This document shows positions 49,901 through 62,374 of a stretch of 64,000 nucleotides of DNA, piece by piece. Every line of letters begins with the position of its first letter. Within the stretch, counting starts at the first letter, position 1. The notes below the pieces were generated by a model. It worked only from the letters and a program-made list of their open reading frames with translations. It searched no databases and was not told the origin of the DNA. The translations under genes were made by a program, and so were the position numbers. Where the stretch lies: positions 620,001 to 684,000 of the forward strand of contig JAWMAR010000131.1 in assembly GCA_036785375.1 (NCBI GenBank), given 5' to 3'. This stretch comes from Leucoraja ocellata (taxonomy: Eukaryota).

Positions 49901-52854
49901 TGTAAGCACATCTACACACTACAGTGGAATTCATAAAGGGTTAGGTATTTTTCTGAGTAGTTTAGTTAAATAATGCCTATTCTCGTTCTGACTGCATAAT
50001 AACAGTCCAATTAGATGAATGTCATTTATAAAAAGGTTCACCGAAAGAATTACTGATGCAAACTTCAACTTTTGAATATGTAATAGAAAAATGTTTTTCA
50101 AATCAGTTCAAACCCAGAGGAAATTAAAACTGGGTGGATAAATAAGAATGCTGAACTACATTCCCTATTGCTATTCTTAAAACTGTAATTAAAAATATTT
50201 GTAAATAGCTTTAAGTCTGAGACTGTTGATGTGGATGCCAATTTAAGCATGTTTAATGACACCTTGGCTGAGATCATTTAATTCAGAAAAGACACAACAT
50301 TTAGTTGAAAGGCAGTGGAATACTCTGAAAACCCCAAATGGGATTGGAATTCTATTTCCTGGTTTTATATTGCTCAGCTATGTAATAATTTTAGAAATGC
50401 ATCTATTGGAAACAGTGTCTACAACTACTTCTGCTTTTTGGCATACAATTTTGAATGTCACAATTCTTAAAATGTTAATGGTAAATTGGGGGAAAAAAAC
50501 GTATCTTTTGCCTCGCAGTAATTCACTCATATTTGCATTTACATCGATAATCCACAAGACGCATTTTACTACACATTTAGAAAAGAGGAACACTTTTCGA
50601 ATTGTTGGATTTTGGCTGTAAAGACTATCTTAATATGCTATTTCAAGTCACAACATTGAGCATTTATGATCCACTTCTACAGTAGATATTTCAAAATGAT
50701 ATTTTAAGCCATTTGCTTAATGGGCCCTTTCTTGTCCAACCTGTATGCAATTTGCATAACAGTCATTCCATCAAATAAAGTACATGGGTGGGGTTACTTC
50801 ATGTACAAGATATAAAAGTCGTATTGTATTATTTACACATTTACAGGCTAAAGTCACATAAGTTACCCAGAAATAAATATGAGCCATCAAACCTTCCAAG
50901 TTTGACAGCAAAGACCACTGGACATTTATCAGCTAGTTTCAATCTGTTGGCAGCAAAAACACCGAATGGGACAATTCAAAATGAAAAATAAGATTGACTG
51001 AAACTGTGCAAGGTGAACTAGTAGTACAAAGCAATACAAAAACATGTATAGCAATCAACCTCCTAAGTTCCCACAAAAAAAAGATATGCTGCTACATAAC
51101 ATGACATACCAAGGCTGTTGAAAAGACAATGATAGGCTCTAATTTAGGGAACTATTTAAACCCAAAACTTTACAGTACAGGATGTAAGTGTGATGCAAAC
51201 ATCAATGCTGTCTAAAACCAGCAAAGACACATCTACATTTTCAATAAGAGTATGGTCACCAAGGTCATAATCCACAAGCCCAACAGGCAGGCTGACATGC
51301 CTAATGTGAAGGACAGATGTGGCTTTTAATTTAACGGCACAACACAGGAGGCTGCTTGTATATCAAAAACAGCCCTGAAAGGAAGGGTGGGAAAGAGCCA
51401 CTAGACTAGTAACCGCTTCAACTTACAAAGCAACCCTCAAAAAATGCCTACTGGACTAAATATTTCAATTTCTTTGTTGTTTTATAAATAAAAATGTGAC
51501 ATCTTGGAATTTTGAAGAGCAAGGATGCCCAAAAAGTATCTATTTTCAATTACTGGGTTCTGCATTACTTTCCCTTTTTATATAAAGAAAGTGAACTATC
51601 TATCCCTTTACAATGAAGGGTTGTACTTTTAACAGGCAATTCCTTACATTCTACACTCTATCAAGCCTCACCTATGATTTTTCTTTAAAGGCCTTGTGTA
51701 TCAAATAATTTGTTAGAAGACATTGCAAACAACACCACTAGTTTATTAACAAAATCTAGATTAAATCTGTGCAGAGCTATAGCCTTTGTTTACTGGACTG
51801 AAGGGGTATGTTGCTTAATGACTCAGACTATTTTAGAAACCTTGACTTTTGGATTGTAAAATACTATTTCTCAGCAGGAAGTCCAAGAAGCTGGGATTTT
51901 TTTACATATTTACACTGAACATAAAGGAAACTGAAATAAAAACAAAGCAGATGAATATTTGCTATATTTGTTTTCAATAGCTTGCATGGAGATTAGAAGA
52001 TTCTATACTGCATCCAAACAAAATGAGGACTTGTCACATCATGCACAGCTTTGAACAAGGCAAAACAAAATCAAGTGGCAACTGAATTTTATTCTGAACT
52101 GCCAAAAGCAGCTGACATTTCAACTCTCTACTATCATATGAGGTCCAGGTTAGCCTTTCTTAAACAGGGCTTCTGCAACAATAGTGTTGCTGCCATCATT
52201 ATTCTGCCCATGAAGATATTCATTACATCAGGATAAACAAATGTAGCACTTCCTTGATCAATGAATCATACTGGAAAAAGTATGTAACTATCAGGGATTA
52301 GGGGAGGGTGAGATGCAACAACCACAGACAGTGAAGAAAATGTGGGCGCGAACCAAAAATGTATAAAAACTAACAAAATCCTATTGATTTTGTATATGGC
52401 AGCACTGCTTTAAAATTAGACTGAGAAAATAAGGGGTCAAGAACTTCCTTCATGCATGCTGAATGGGGATATTCAGAAATTAATGTTATTTTAAAAAGGA
52501 AATGGAAAAAAAAAACTTCACCATGTTAGGGACAAAAGGTTTACCAATTTTATGTTACATATGACTAAACCCACAAGATAAAGACTGATCTTTTCACTTC
52601 CTGGTGCTTTTTCTGGCTATGTAATCCTGATACTTTAAATAAACTATGCAGCTGGTTGCATCCAAATACATTTATTTCAATCTGATATGTTCCAATATTA
52701 GTTTGTGGATTCCTTTGATTAGTTTCCAATTAGATTTTAAATTGACATGGTTCTCTTAAAGATCTCAATGCCACAAAGGATGCAATTTAAAAGCTGAAGT
52801 TCATGCATTGCAAAACTTGTGTGCAAGCATTAAGCAGCCAAGCTTATCTTAAGA

Positions 52855-53066
52855 CAAGGGTTCCCAATCTTTTTCATCCTGTTTACACCTGGTAACTCTA
52901 AGAGCACATTACAATGTTATTTCACTTATTTATGAACAACTAATGATGAACAGGTATACCAGAACCAAACACAGTCAATCAATGAGAAAAAAATATATAC
53001 AAATCCACAATCAACAAATTTACCCCCTGGGTAGGCGAAATCTTTACCCCAGGTTAGTAACCTTTG
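52855..53066. mobile_element. hAT-type MITE (212 bp)
   Basis: Imperfect TIRs caagggttcccaa / ttagtaacctttg, with an 8-bp TSD tcttaaga (52847-52854) / tcataaga (53067-53074). Confidence 0.65.
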
Positions 53067-55191
53067 TCATAAGAGAATCAAAAAATAAGTGAATTTATTC
53101 ATTGGAATAGCCTTTCATTTGTTTTCTAACTTTAAAAAATAATGCAATTCAAGTTTTAACTCGGAACAAATATACAATAAATATTATTTTAATTTGCCAA
53201 ATTTGAAGTTTTATTAAATAGCTCTGATAGGCTTTTCAATTATTCTTTTATCTATACTGGATGTGTGTAGTCAGCAAACAAATACAGTACTGAAATTTAA
53301 AACCACTGTTCCTAAAACAAACACTTCAATTCAACACATAGGGCAAGCCAATTTCTAAAAGTACACAAAAATCAACCTTGAGACTTTTTTTCTAAAAAAA
53401 CATTCAGACCCTGAAAGAGACCCATCTAGTGCCCAGTGACATTTGTGAAAAAGACTGAAAGTTCCAATCAAGGTTATGGAGACTAAGGCAAGAAAAACAA
53501 AATTACAACTTCTATGGAATTTTCCATTTCCTCAGTTCAGGTGTCCTTTACCCCAGATATGTGAACAACTAATTGCTCAGCAACCCTGATTCTGATCAAT
53601 AAGTAATTAATTATTTCTCTAATCTACAATGCAGTCCCTTGGTTTTGAATGTAAATATCTCTGGAAGAAGGGGGGGAAAAAATATCAATTCTCTACAATT
53701 TCTGCTACTTTGTACCATTAGTTATTGGAAAGCAAACATGGCCATAACAATTCACTGTACAAAAGTGTTGTTTTATTTAACATATCATAAAAAGTTAGTT
53801 CTTTTTTTTTTAAACTGCTGAAAATAAAACGCTCCCCAAAGTTATTCCCAGAGGCCCAAGATTCAAAGGCAGTTTGTTCTTTTAAAACGGAACCAAGAAT
53901 GCAACAAAAGCAATATGGAGATGCTTTTTTTCTGCAATACGCTATGCAACTATTTTACAATAGTTACATTAATTAGTTCTACTCTGGATAAAAGTACTAC
54001 AAATACTTCTATACATTTTAGTCATTACGTTAAAAGATTACAGTACAATTCAAAAGCGACTTTCAGCACACATGTCTAAACATGGCGTGAAGGCATTCAA
54101 GCTATTGTCATGTCATTGTGTTTGCTACCTTTTCTCCTAACACAACCCCCAACCATACCGTCATGGTATTAGTCAGCAAGTCACTGCCTGCTCCCAGCAG
54201 ATAAAGTCTGAAAAATCTTCCATTTTCAACAGATTTCTTAGATACTATTCAACAGATACTTTTTTTTTTTTTTTTTTTAAAGCGTCACTTAAAAGTTGCT
54301 TTAAAGATCTCCACCAGAGGTAGGCGACCAACAGTCAACATAATCCTGGACCATGTGATCCGATACTTGCTGATTAGAATAAAACACGAGTGTTAAGACC
54401 TACACTTCTCACATCAATTGTTTCATAAAATAAGATGAGGCGTTATTCTGATCGACTTTAGAAAAAAAACGAAAATTAAACAAAAAAAAAAACAATTACC
54501 CAATGCATAAAACAGATCAGCTAACAGTAATGGTCACCATATGATTATGAAAACAATTAATAATGGGACAACCGTTGAGGTTCTTCCCCCTCCCCCTCCC
54601 CCCCCTCCATAAAAAAAATATTAAAAGTTGCCCAATTCCATCTGTTCTATTGATCGCTGTACAATCTGTATCGTTCAGAAAACATCGCCACTGAGGGCAC
54701 AAACGGAATCCAAACGAAACAAAAAGAAACTGACAGCGATCAATGAACTTTCATAATGACTAACAAGGCTCCCTCAGACCTTCAAGGAGCAGTTCATTAA
54801 TAAAACTCTCCTCGTTTTAAAACTTGCATTAACGCAGCTTGGTCGAGCAATACGACTGGGAGCCCGTAATTCCTATTATCAAAAGTTATATGTATATAAA
54901 ATAGAGAAAGAAAGGAAAAAAATTCCTAGATTTTTCTTTTTGCGTAAGCAAGTTGAGAGGCTCCCTTGACTTTTGGCTGTTTGGAGTTCTTGTTGATGTA
55001 TTTCTATACAGTGGCTGAATGAAGTCATTTTATTATAAGAGGATCTTTTGAATTAAAGCTACTTACAAGAGGAATAACCCCCACTTTGTAGCATGTAAAG
55101 GCAAATTAAAATACACTATTTATATATATATATTCGACAAAGGAACAAAACAAAAAAAATAACATGCACACCGCTCCCTGCATTGACTGAC

Positions 55192-55400
55192 CTGCTTCTC
55201 CTGTGATGTTTGGACTCATTCCCTGAAGCCCTTTATTCCAAGCTATCTCATTATTTATTTACTCCGCTTGCCTCCCCTCCTACCTTGCGCTGCCAGTGCT
55301 GCAGTTACTCGCTGCTCCCTGCGCCGTGTAATATTCTGCCTTTACCACTCCAGCGCTGCTCGCACCGCCTCCCTCACTCACTCACTCAACGCCTGGGTTC
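55192..55400 (-). other. ZNF217: Probable non-coding first exon of ZNF217 (5' boundary uncertain)
   Basis: Strong donor GCAG|GTCAGT at 55192/55191, directly downstream (minus strand) of the only non-repeat CpG-rich patch in the window. The coding exon at 21016 has an acceptor, so an upstream exon is required. Confidence 0.65.
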
Positions 55401-55500
55401 ACGTGTCTCCCCCCCTGCCGCGCGTTCACGCCGGCCCGGGAGCGCGCTCCCTCACCCATCCAGCGCGCCGCCGACAACCCATCCTGCGTGCACGCGCGTC
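55265..55500 (-). promoter_or_regulatory. CpG-island-like promoter of ZNF217
   Basis: Dense CpG/GC in an otherwise AT-rich, CpG-poor locus. Contains a GC box (ccgcctccc ~55365), an E-box CACGTG (55400-55405), and palindromes gggagcgcgctccc (55438-55451) and gcgtgcacgc (55486-55495). Confidence 0.65.
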
Positions 55501-56236
55501 CTTCCATCTATCTGTATCTATAAATGTATGTGTATGTGTACATACATATGTGTCTCGCAGTCCTTTACTGTGCACTGTCCCAGTTTTATGAAGAGTGGGG
55601 TGAGCAAGGAAAAAATAATAACTTGATGATGCAGGAAATAGCTGTATCAGAGATTAAATCTTTTTTTTTTAATTTTCATTTTGCCTCCCTCTTCACTGGG
55701 ATTTGTTTTGAGACTTTGGACTCTACAATCACGTGAACAACGAAATGACAAAGCCCCGTGTCACTGATCTACTGTGCATTATTTTTGCCATGGATTATTT
55801 TTGAATCTTGACTTTTATGTTCAAACTTTTAAATACAATTTTATTGGCTCTTCTACACAGATTTGGGATACTTCTATATTCACAAATCTGTGGGGTTTTT
55901 AGGGATGTGATTTTTTTTTACATTTGGTTTCTCAAAAAAAAACCCTGCACTGCTATGCAAATTTACTATGAAAATCTATCAGCCATTCCAGTACAGGTGA
56001 TTTCTAGCAGAAATTTGGAAGTTATTTCCAAAGGAACTGAAAGACATACTAAAATGGGTTTGTTGATGCATGGGAAACCTAACGCAGACTGGTGATATTG
56101 TCAGAATATCTTCAGTCATATCTTCAAAAGTGTGACCCCGCCCCCCCCCCCCAGTTGCCAATTGCTTTTCATTTTATTTCTCCATTCCAATCAAACTGAC
56201 CCCTCTGGCTTAAAGAGTAAAGAGTCAAGGATGTTT

Positions 56237-56574
56237 GGTGACAAAAATGCTGGAGAAATTCAGCGGGTGAGGCAGCATCTATGGAGCGAAGGAAATAGGC
56301 AAAGTTTTGGGTCGAAACCCTTCCTCAGACTGATGTGAGGGTGGGGGGGAGGGAGTTGAAGTGCTGAGCCACCGGGAGATCAGGTTGATTATTGCGAACC
56401 GAGCAGAGGAAATAGGCAACGTTTCGGGTCGAAACCCTTCTTCAGTCTGAAGAAGGGCTTTGACCCGAAACATTGCCTATTTCCTTCGCTCCATAGATAC
56501 TGCCTCAACTGCTGAGTTTCTCCAGCATTTTTTGTCAACCTCCGATTTTCCAGCATCTGCAGTTCCATCTTAAT
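56237..56574. mobile_element. Composite Penelope-like element: three hammerhead motifs and a GIY-YIG relic
   Basis: Arm with minus-strand motif (~56300-56332); coding relic LCSVRNNQPDLPVAQHFNS (56408-56352, minus); back-to-back motifs cccttcttcagtctgaagaaggg (~56435-56457); arm and tail. Confidence 0.85.
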
Positions 56575-56579
56575 CATTT

Positions 56580-57741
56580 AGTCAAGAATTTTTTATTGTC
56601 ATATGTCCCAAAATGAAACAATGGAATTCTTACTTGCTGCAGCACAACAGATATGTAAACATAGTACTCTAATAAACAACACAAATTTCAGGGTATATAT
56701 ATTTTCCCCGATGGCAGGTGTGAAATGAGAGTGTGATGTGCTGTGGGTCTTTGATGATGCTTTTTGCAGGAGAAACTCCTGTAGATCCCTTATGGGTTGT
56801 GGGGAGGTCATGATGGACGTGTTCAGCACTTTTTGCAATCTTCTTCATTCCTGGGTGTTCAAGTTGCTGAACCAGGTTGTGATGCAATCAGTTTTAATAT
56901 GCTCTCCACTGTACACTTGTTGACATTCAAGTGAGTATTTGTTGACATACCGAATCTCCGCAATCTTCTAAAGAAGTAGAGGTGTTGATGGGTTTCGAAT
57001 TACATCAATGTGCTGGGGTCAGGAAAGATCTTCAGAGATATGCATACCCAGGAAGTTGAGGTTTTGACTCTCTCCACCACAATCTCGTCAAGGAAGACAG
57101 GTTTGTGGATCCTCGACCTTCTTCTCCCAATGTCAACAATCAGTTCCTTGGTTTTACTGACGTTAAGAGCAAGGTCGTTGTTCTGGCACCATTTGGTCTT
57201 TTGATTGATCTCCCTCCTATACTCTGACTCATCATCATCCATAATTCATCCAACAATGGTGATGTCGTTGGTGAATTTGAAGATGAGGTTGGAATTGTGG
57301 CTGGCTACAGTCATGACTATAGAGTGAGCAGAGCAGGGGGTTGAGCATGCAGCCTTGAGGTGATCCTGTGCTGATGATTATCGAGGAAGAAATGTTGCTG
57401 CCAATTCATACCAATTCTGGTCTGTTGATGATCGAGGATCCAGTTGCAGAGGTATGCGCAGAGACCCAGTTCCGTGAGCTTGATAACCAGTTTGAAGGGG
57501 ATGATAGTATTGAACACTTGCTGTAGTCTATGCAGTCCATGCAGCCTATGTCGTTTTCTTGTCAAGTGGTCCAGTACAGAAGGGAGAGCCAGTGAGATTG
57601 CATCCTTTATTGACGTGTTGTGCTGGTAGGCAAATTGCAGTGGGTCCAGGGTTTTGGTGAGGTAGGAGTTGATATGAGTCATAACCAACCTCTCAAAGCA
57701 CTTAATCACCCTGGACGTTAGGGCCACCGGTCGGTAGTCGC
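56580..57741 (-). mobile_element. 5'-truncated Rex/Babar LINE with frameshifted reverse transcriptase
   Basis: DYRPVALTSRVIKCFERLV..LDPLQFAY..DAISLAL..LDHL and DDESEYRREIN..WCQNNDLALNVSKTKELIVD are Rex1/Babar RT motifs; multiple frameshifts; the 3' UTR ends near 56580. Confidence 0.88.
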
Positions 57742-58330
57742 TGGAATCTGAGGAATAGTATTTAATCTTCTATTTTGGCACTTTTGGAATAAACATACTG
57801 AATTCAGCAATTCAACAGCTTGGATTATCAACAATCCTAGGTTTACATTTCCAGCATCATTGTTTCAAAACAATGAACCGCTAAAACACAGGCAGCATCT
57901 GTGGAGGGAAATGAACAGTAGCCATGTTGCATCAAGATCCTTCATCTGGACTAAGTATGGAGTGGGAAGTAGTGATTATAAATAGGTGGAGATGGATAGA
58001 TGGATAGACGGATTGATTCGAAAGGAAATTGAAGACTGAATCTAAATAAGGAAGGTTGATGGCAGGTGGGAACAACAGAGGGAGGGGAGAGATGAGCAGT
58101 TTTGCGGGGGGAAAGGGAACCAGTGGGAGGAGTGTTGGGTGATGGGCAGATAGAGTAGGTGCATAGGTGAGGGGGGGGGAGGGGGGGGGGGGGAGAAACA
58201 GTGTAATGGAAGGCTTCTTTCAAGGAGCTTATTAATTAATTGGTATTTTCATGGAATAAATAAAACACGACCCAATTTACCCATGCGAGTATTTATGGTC
58301 TTGCATTTAGCCTCATCAGAATCATCTTGT

Positions 58331-58483
58331 GGGTACACAAAAATGCTGGAGAAACTCAGCGGGTGCAGCAGCATCTATGGAGCGAAGGAAATAGGCGACG
58401 TTTCGGGCCGAAACCCTTCTTCAGTCCTTCAGGTCTTTTTGTGTACCTTCGATCTTCCAGTATCTGCAGTTCCTTCTTGAACA
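58331..58483. mobile_element. Penelope-like element with intact hammerhead core, 14-bp TSD
   Basis: cagaatcatcttgt (58317-58330) / caggatcatcttgt (58484-58497), plus tail ...ctgcagttccttcttgaaca. Confidence 0.85.
58394..58427 (-). ncRNA. Minimal type I hammerhead ribozyme motif (best-preserved core)
   Basis: CUGAAGA-A-GGGU[UUCG]GCCC-GAAA-C-GUC|GCC: complete catalytic core, stem II capped by a UUCG tetraloop, palindromic ACGU stem III and a GUC cleavage triplet. Stem I pairing is poor in this copy, and activity is not demonstrated. Confidence 0.65.
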
Positions 58484-60144
58484 CAGGATCATCTTGTATT
58501 CCTTTCTCTCTTACATATTTGTTTAGCATTCCTTTGACTGTGCTAATGTTACTGCTTAGAGTTTACAATTGTGTTCGGAGCATTTATACAAAGGCTGAGG
58601 GTACTGTGCTTGCACTGCAACTCAATTACTTTATTGACTCAGCAACTGAGTCATACTGGCAAGAGCTCTTGCAAGCTTTGTACCTTGTCTATAATAAATT
58701 AAACAATCACAGATTGAGAGGCGATAAAGATAGTGGTGTTAAATGAATGAAATTAACCATCATTTCAGCACTTGCACCAAGAAGGAGAAATTTTCATAAC
58801 AATTCTACAACTATTGCTGGTAGGATGCACATGCGTTATTGCACCTAGAAATGATGATCCTAAAGCTGATTTTCACCTGCGAGCGTTCCACTGGGTTACA
58901 TATTAAAAAGTAACTTAAAATAGTATTAGGGGTTGTATAGCAGCAATAGCCAAGTGGTTAACATTCACTTGGAAAACAAAATGGATTTTGACCTCTCTTA
59001 TCTGACATAAACTCCATTGAGCAGTTTAAGCTTAAAAGAAGGAATGGTATGTTTGTAGAAATTGGCAGCCAATTCTGTGATAGAGATAGAATAAGGTACA
59101 TCTTGAGAGTCCAAATGTTTTTCAACATTTGCTGTCCACCATTTGCCAATGTAGTTGCCAATGAAAATATGTGTATACTTTGTACGTATATTAAGTACAG
59201 AATATCAAAGAATATTCATGCTTTTGCATTGTATCAGATTCTCTGAGGATACATAGAATGGCCCTGCAGTCATCTGAACACTACATATATGTTGTGTTTG
59301 TCAAACTATCATCCAGACTTTATCATTCAAAATAACCATCTAATTCTGCCTTCCACTGCGTATTCTAATTTAAATTGTGTTATTAGAGCATGTATCTTCC
59401 ATTATAACCATGAACTTTCCTAGAATCACTGTTATTATGAAAACAAATTAAGAATCTGGAGAGTAAACTGCAGTATACTGGAAAGTATGTTTGGTGTCTT
59501 TTTCAATTCCCTGTGCAAATCAGATATACATTTCTGAGCTTTAATTTTCTGTATTAGCAATCGCTGTCTTTAAAATATATGGGGGAGTCAAGATATAAAA
59601 TATTGATTAGAATTTTCTTGGGCAAATAAAATTCATTCAGCAGTTTCCGCTGTATAGTCTTTCCGCTGACTGGTTTTCATGGAACAAAAGCTTTTCATTG
59701 TACCTCTGTACACGTGGCAATAAACTAAACTAAACTAAAATAACCAGAGAGGAAAATTTTCCCTGAGATTATATTTACAAATGACCTTGACATGGCCATT
59801 TTTACCCTTCACTTTGGTAAAGTAATATTTTCAATTGCAGAGCAATGTTACATAGTCTAATTTCTATCCATTCTTTCTTCTCTGCACCTCATGTAGCAAA
59901 ATTGTAGCAAGTTCTTTATAAATTTGCTGCATTCCGCCAACTCAGACTTACACTCATCCAACGTGTATATGGAACATTCGTGCTGATTTGCACTTTTCAA
60001 CGGATTAGGTGAAGTCTGGTATTACTGTACTTTTAGGCTAACCATACTGCCAATGTAACTGGGAATAGCCTAAAATAGTTTAGGCAAAACATATAATTTT
60101 ATCATCAACCACATCAGCTTCCCCTGGTAAGGCTTCACTGCAAT

Positions 60145-60312
60145 ATTTATGGAGAGAACGGACCGCTGATGTTTCGGGTTGGGACCTTTCTTCATTCTGA
60201 CCCGAAAAACCATCTGTCCATTCCCTCCACAAATGCTGCCTGACCCGCTGAGTTTCATCAGCACTTTTATTTTTGCTCAAGATTCCAGCATCTGCAGTTT
60301 CTTGTATCTCCA
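60145..60312. mobile_element. Diverged Penelope-like fold-back element
   Basis: gatgtttcgggttgggacctttcttca...gacccgaaaaacc...gctgcctgacccgctgagtttc...ccagcatctgcagtttcttg. Confidence 0.65.
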
Positions 60313-61179
60313 TTTTACTGCAATGTTAGTGTAAAATTATTTTTCAGTCGCATCTGTAGCAGATGTAAACACGTTGATGCACTACAGATGCTGTGTCTAT
60401 AGTGCACACATGTGTATGTTTATGGATTTGGAAAAGCTGTTTCTGTTCACCAATTTAAAGCAGCCCCTTGTAAACTGGTTTTCGATGATCACTACCAACA
60501 ATCTATTCATGTATGTCAACACACTACATAATGTTGTTCAGCTCATTTTCCATTACAAAGGGAAAATAACAGAAGCAAATGTAGTTTCTTGTTCTTTCAT
60601 GACTCTACATTTATCTAAAAACCAGGGGCTGAACACAAACATCCACAAATGTATTTGCAGAATTTTGTACGCAAGCAAAACAGAGTTGGCTATATAATCT
60701 GTCTTTTATGTCTCGTCTTACACCCAAAAAAACAACTAATTATTTTGCGACGAGCATTTATGGGAATAGTCTGTCACTGGTAAAAGCCACTGCACTTCTT
60801 ATCATGATCACTTTATAAATAGGTTACAATCCAATAACAGGAACTGAACAAAACCCAGAAAAAAAACAGCTGCAAAATAATGTCCTGAATGCTGTAACAT
60901 CAGATAAATTACTGGAGTTTCAGCTTATATTTTAGGAGAATTTACAACCACATGTATCCCCAAAACTACTAAACATAAATAGATTTAAAAACTGGAGGCT
61001 TTTATTCATGAGGAAAAATGGAAGACTGACAAAGGAATGTAGTATGTAACACCTATATGGATTTGCAGAGGATATTTAACAAATTATAATGGTGAGTGAT
61101 TATTAAAACCAAGACAAATGCAGTAGAGGGATTGGGGTCAGAATGGTTAAAAACTGGAATAAGGACAGATGCAGGGTAA

Positions 61180-61460
61180 GACGGGACCCTTCTTCAGACT
61201 GTTCGTCATAGAATCATAAAGCTGTACAGCACGGAAGCAGGCCCTTCGACCCACCTTGTTGATTCTGACCAAGTTGGCATAGTAGGCTAGTCCCATTTGC
61301 CTTCATTTGGTCCACAGGCCTCCGAACCCTACCTACCATTGATCTATAAATCCTATCCACCTGAAGGAGGGTCCCAATCTGAAATGTCATCTGTCCATTC
61401 CACTTCACAGATGCTGCCTGACCCATTGATTTCATCCAGAACTTTTTTTATTTGCTTTGT
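61180..61460. mobile_element. Penelope-like element split by a CR1 3' fragment (~61207-61360)
   Basis: gggacccttcttcagact | catagaatcata...ggcccttcgaccc (CR1 tail, minus) | ctgaaggagggtcccaatctgaaatgtc...gatgctgcctgaccc. Confidence 0.55.
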
Positions 61461-61867
61461 CCAATGTCAAACGGGTCATACTCATTCTTTTCCATTGTAT
61501 CTTCAACTCATCAATCTTGTTACAAATACCATGAATTCCAAGGCAAAATAATAATTTGAAATCTCTGTCATTTCTCTACCTCCCATGATTAATTCCCAGT
61601 CTCATCCATTAATGGACAAAGTTTGCTTTAGGTGCTCCCTTCCTTCTGCCTAGCACATGCTGTTAGAAAATAGGAGTGGGTAGACCACTTGGCCCCTCGA
61701 GTCTGCCCACCATTTAAAATGACTGATCTGCCAGAGGCCTCATCTCCTATGTCTTCTCCCTATAGTCCTCAATTCTCTTTTCCTTACATAGTGTCAAATA
61801 CCTCTGAATATTCATTTCCCAGGCTTGGTAACATGTGTCACCTTGGAGCCATGTCTCCATGATGGCT

Positions 61868-62017
61868 GTGTAGGACGGAACTGCAGATGCTGGTTTAAAC
61901 CGAAGATAGACACAAAATGCTGGAGTAAGTCAGCGGGACAGGCAGCATCTCTAGAGGGAAGGAATGGGTGACGTTTCATAGAAACATAGAAAATAAGTTT
62001 GAGACCCTTCTTCAGAC
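61868..62017 (-). mobile_element. Penelope-like element with 16-bp TSD and a 20-nt CR1-tail micro-insert
   Basis: tgtctccatgatggct (61852-61867) / tgtctccatgacggct (62018-62033); insert atagaaacatagaaaataag at 61978-61997. Confidence 0.8.
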
Positions 62018-62374
62018 TGTCTCCATGACGGCTATCAGGTCATGCTTGTTTATTTCTCGTTGTGCTTTTGACTTATCTATCTTGTTACAAAACTGTGCTG
62101 AATTTGGCCAAGAGCCTTCAATGTTCTGTTACTATTTTTCTTTACTCTGACTCTATTTGCTTCTCCAATCTTAAATTGTACACTTTGACTCTTCCCGATA
62201 CATATGGGTCATTGCAATCCCTGACACGGCCATACACTATTTCCTTCTCTTTCTCTTTGGTTTCTGAAATAACCCTCACCTGAATCCTTTTTAAACTATT
62301 TCCAGCTGAATAAATCTCAAGAGGATATAGATAGCCTTTTAGATTAGCATACATTTCAGGATGTAGGAGGAGCA

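Noticed and set aside
55210-55626. 138-aa and 107-aa plus-strand ORFs over the CpG-rich patch
   Set aside because: GC-rich promoter sequence with non-ATG starts and no domain signature.
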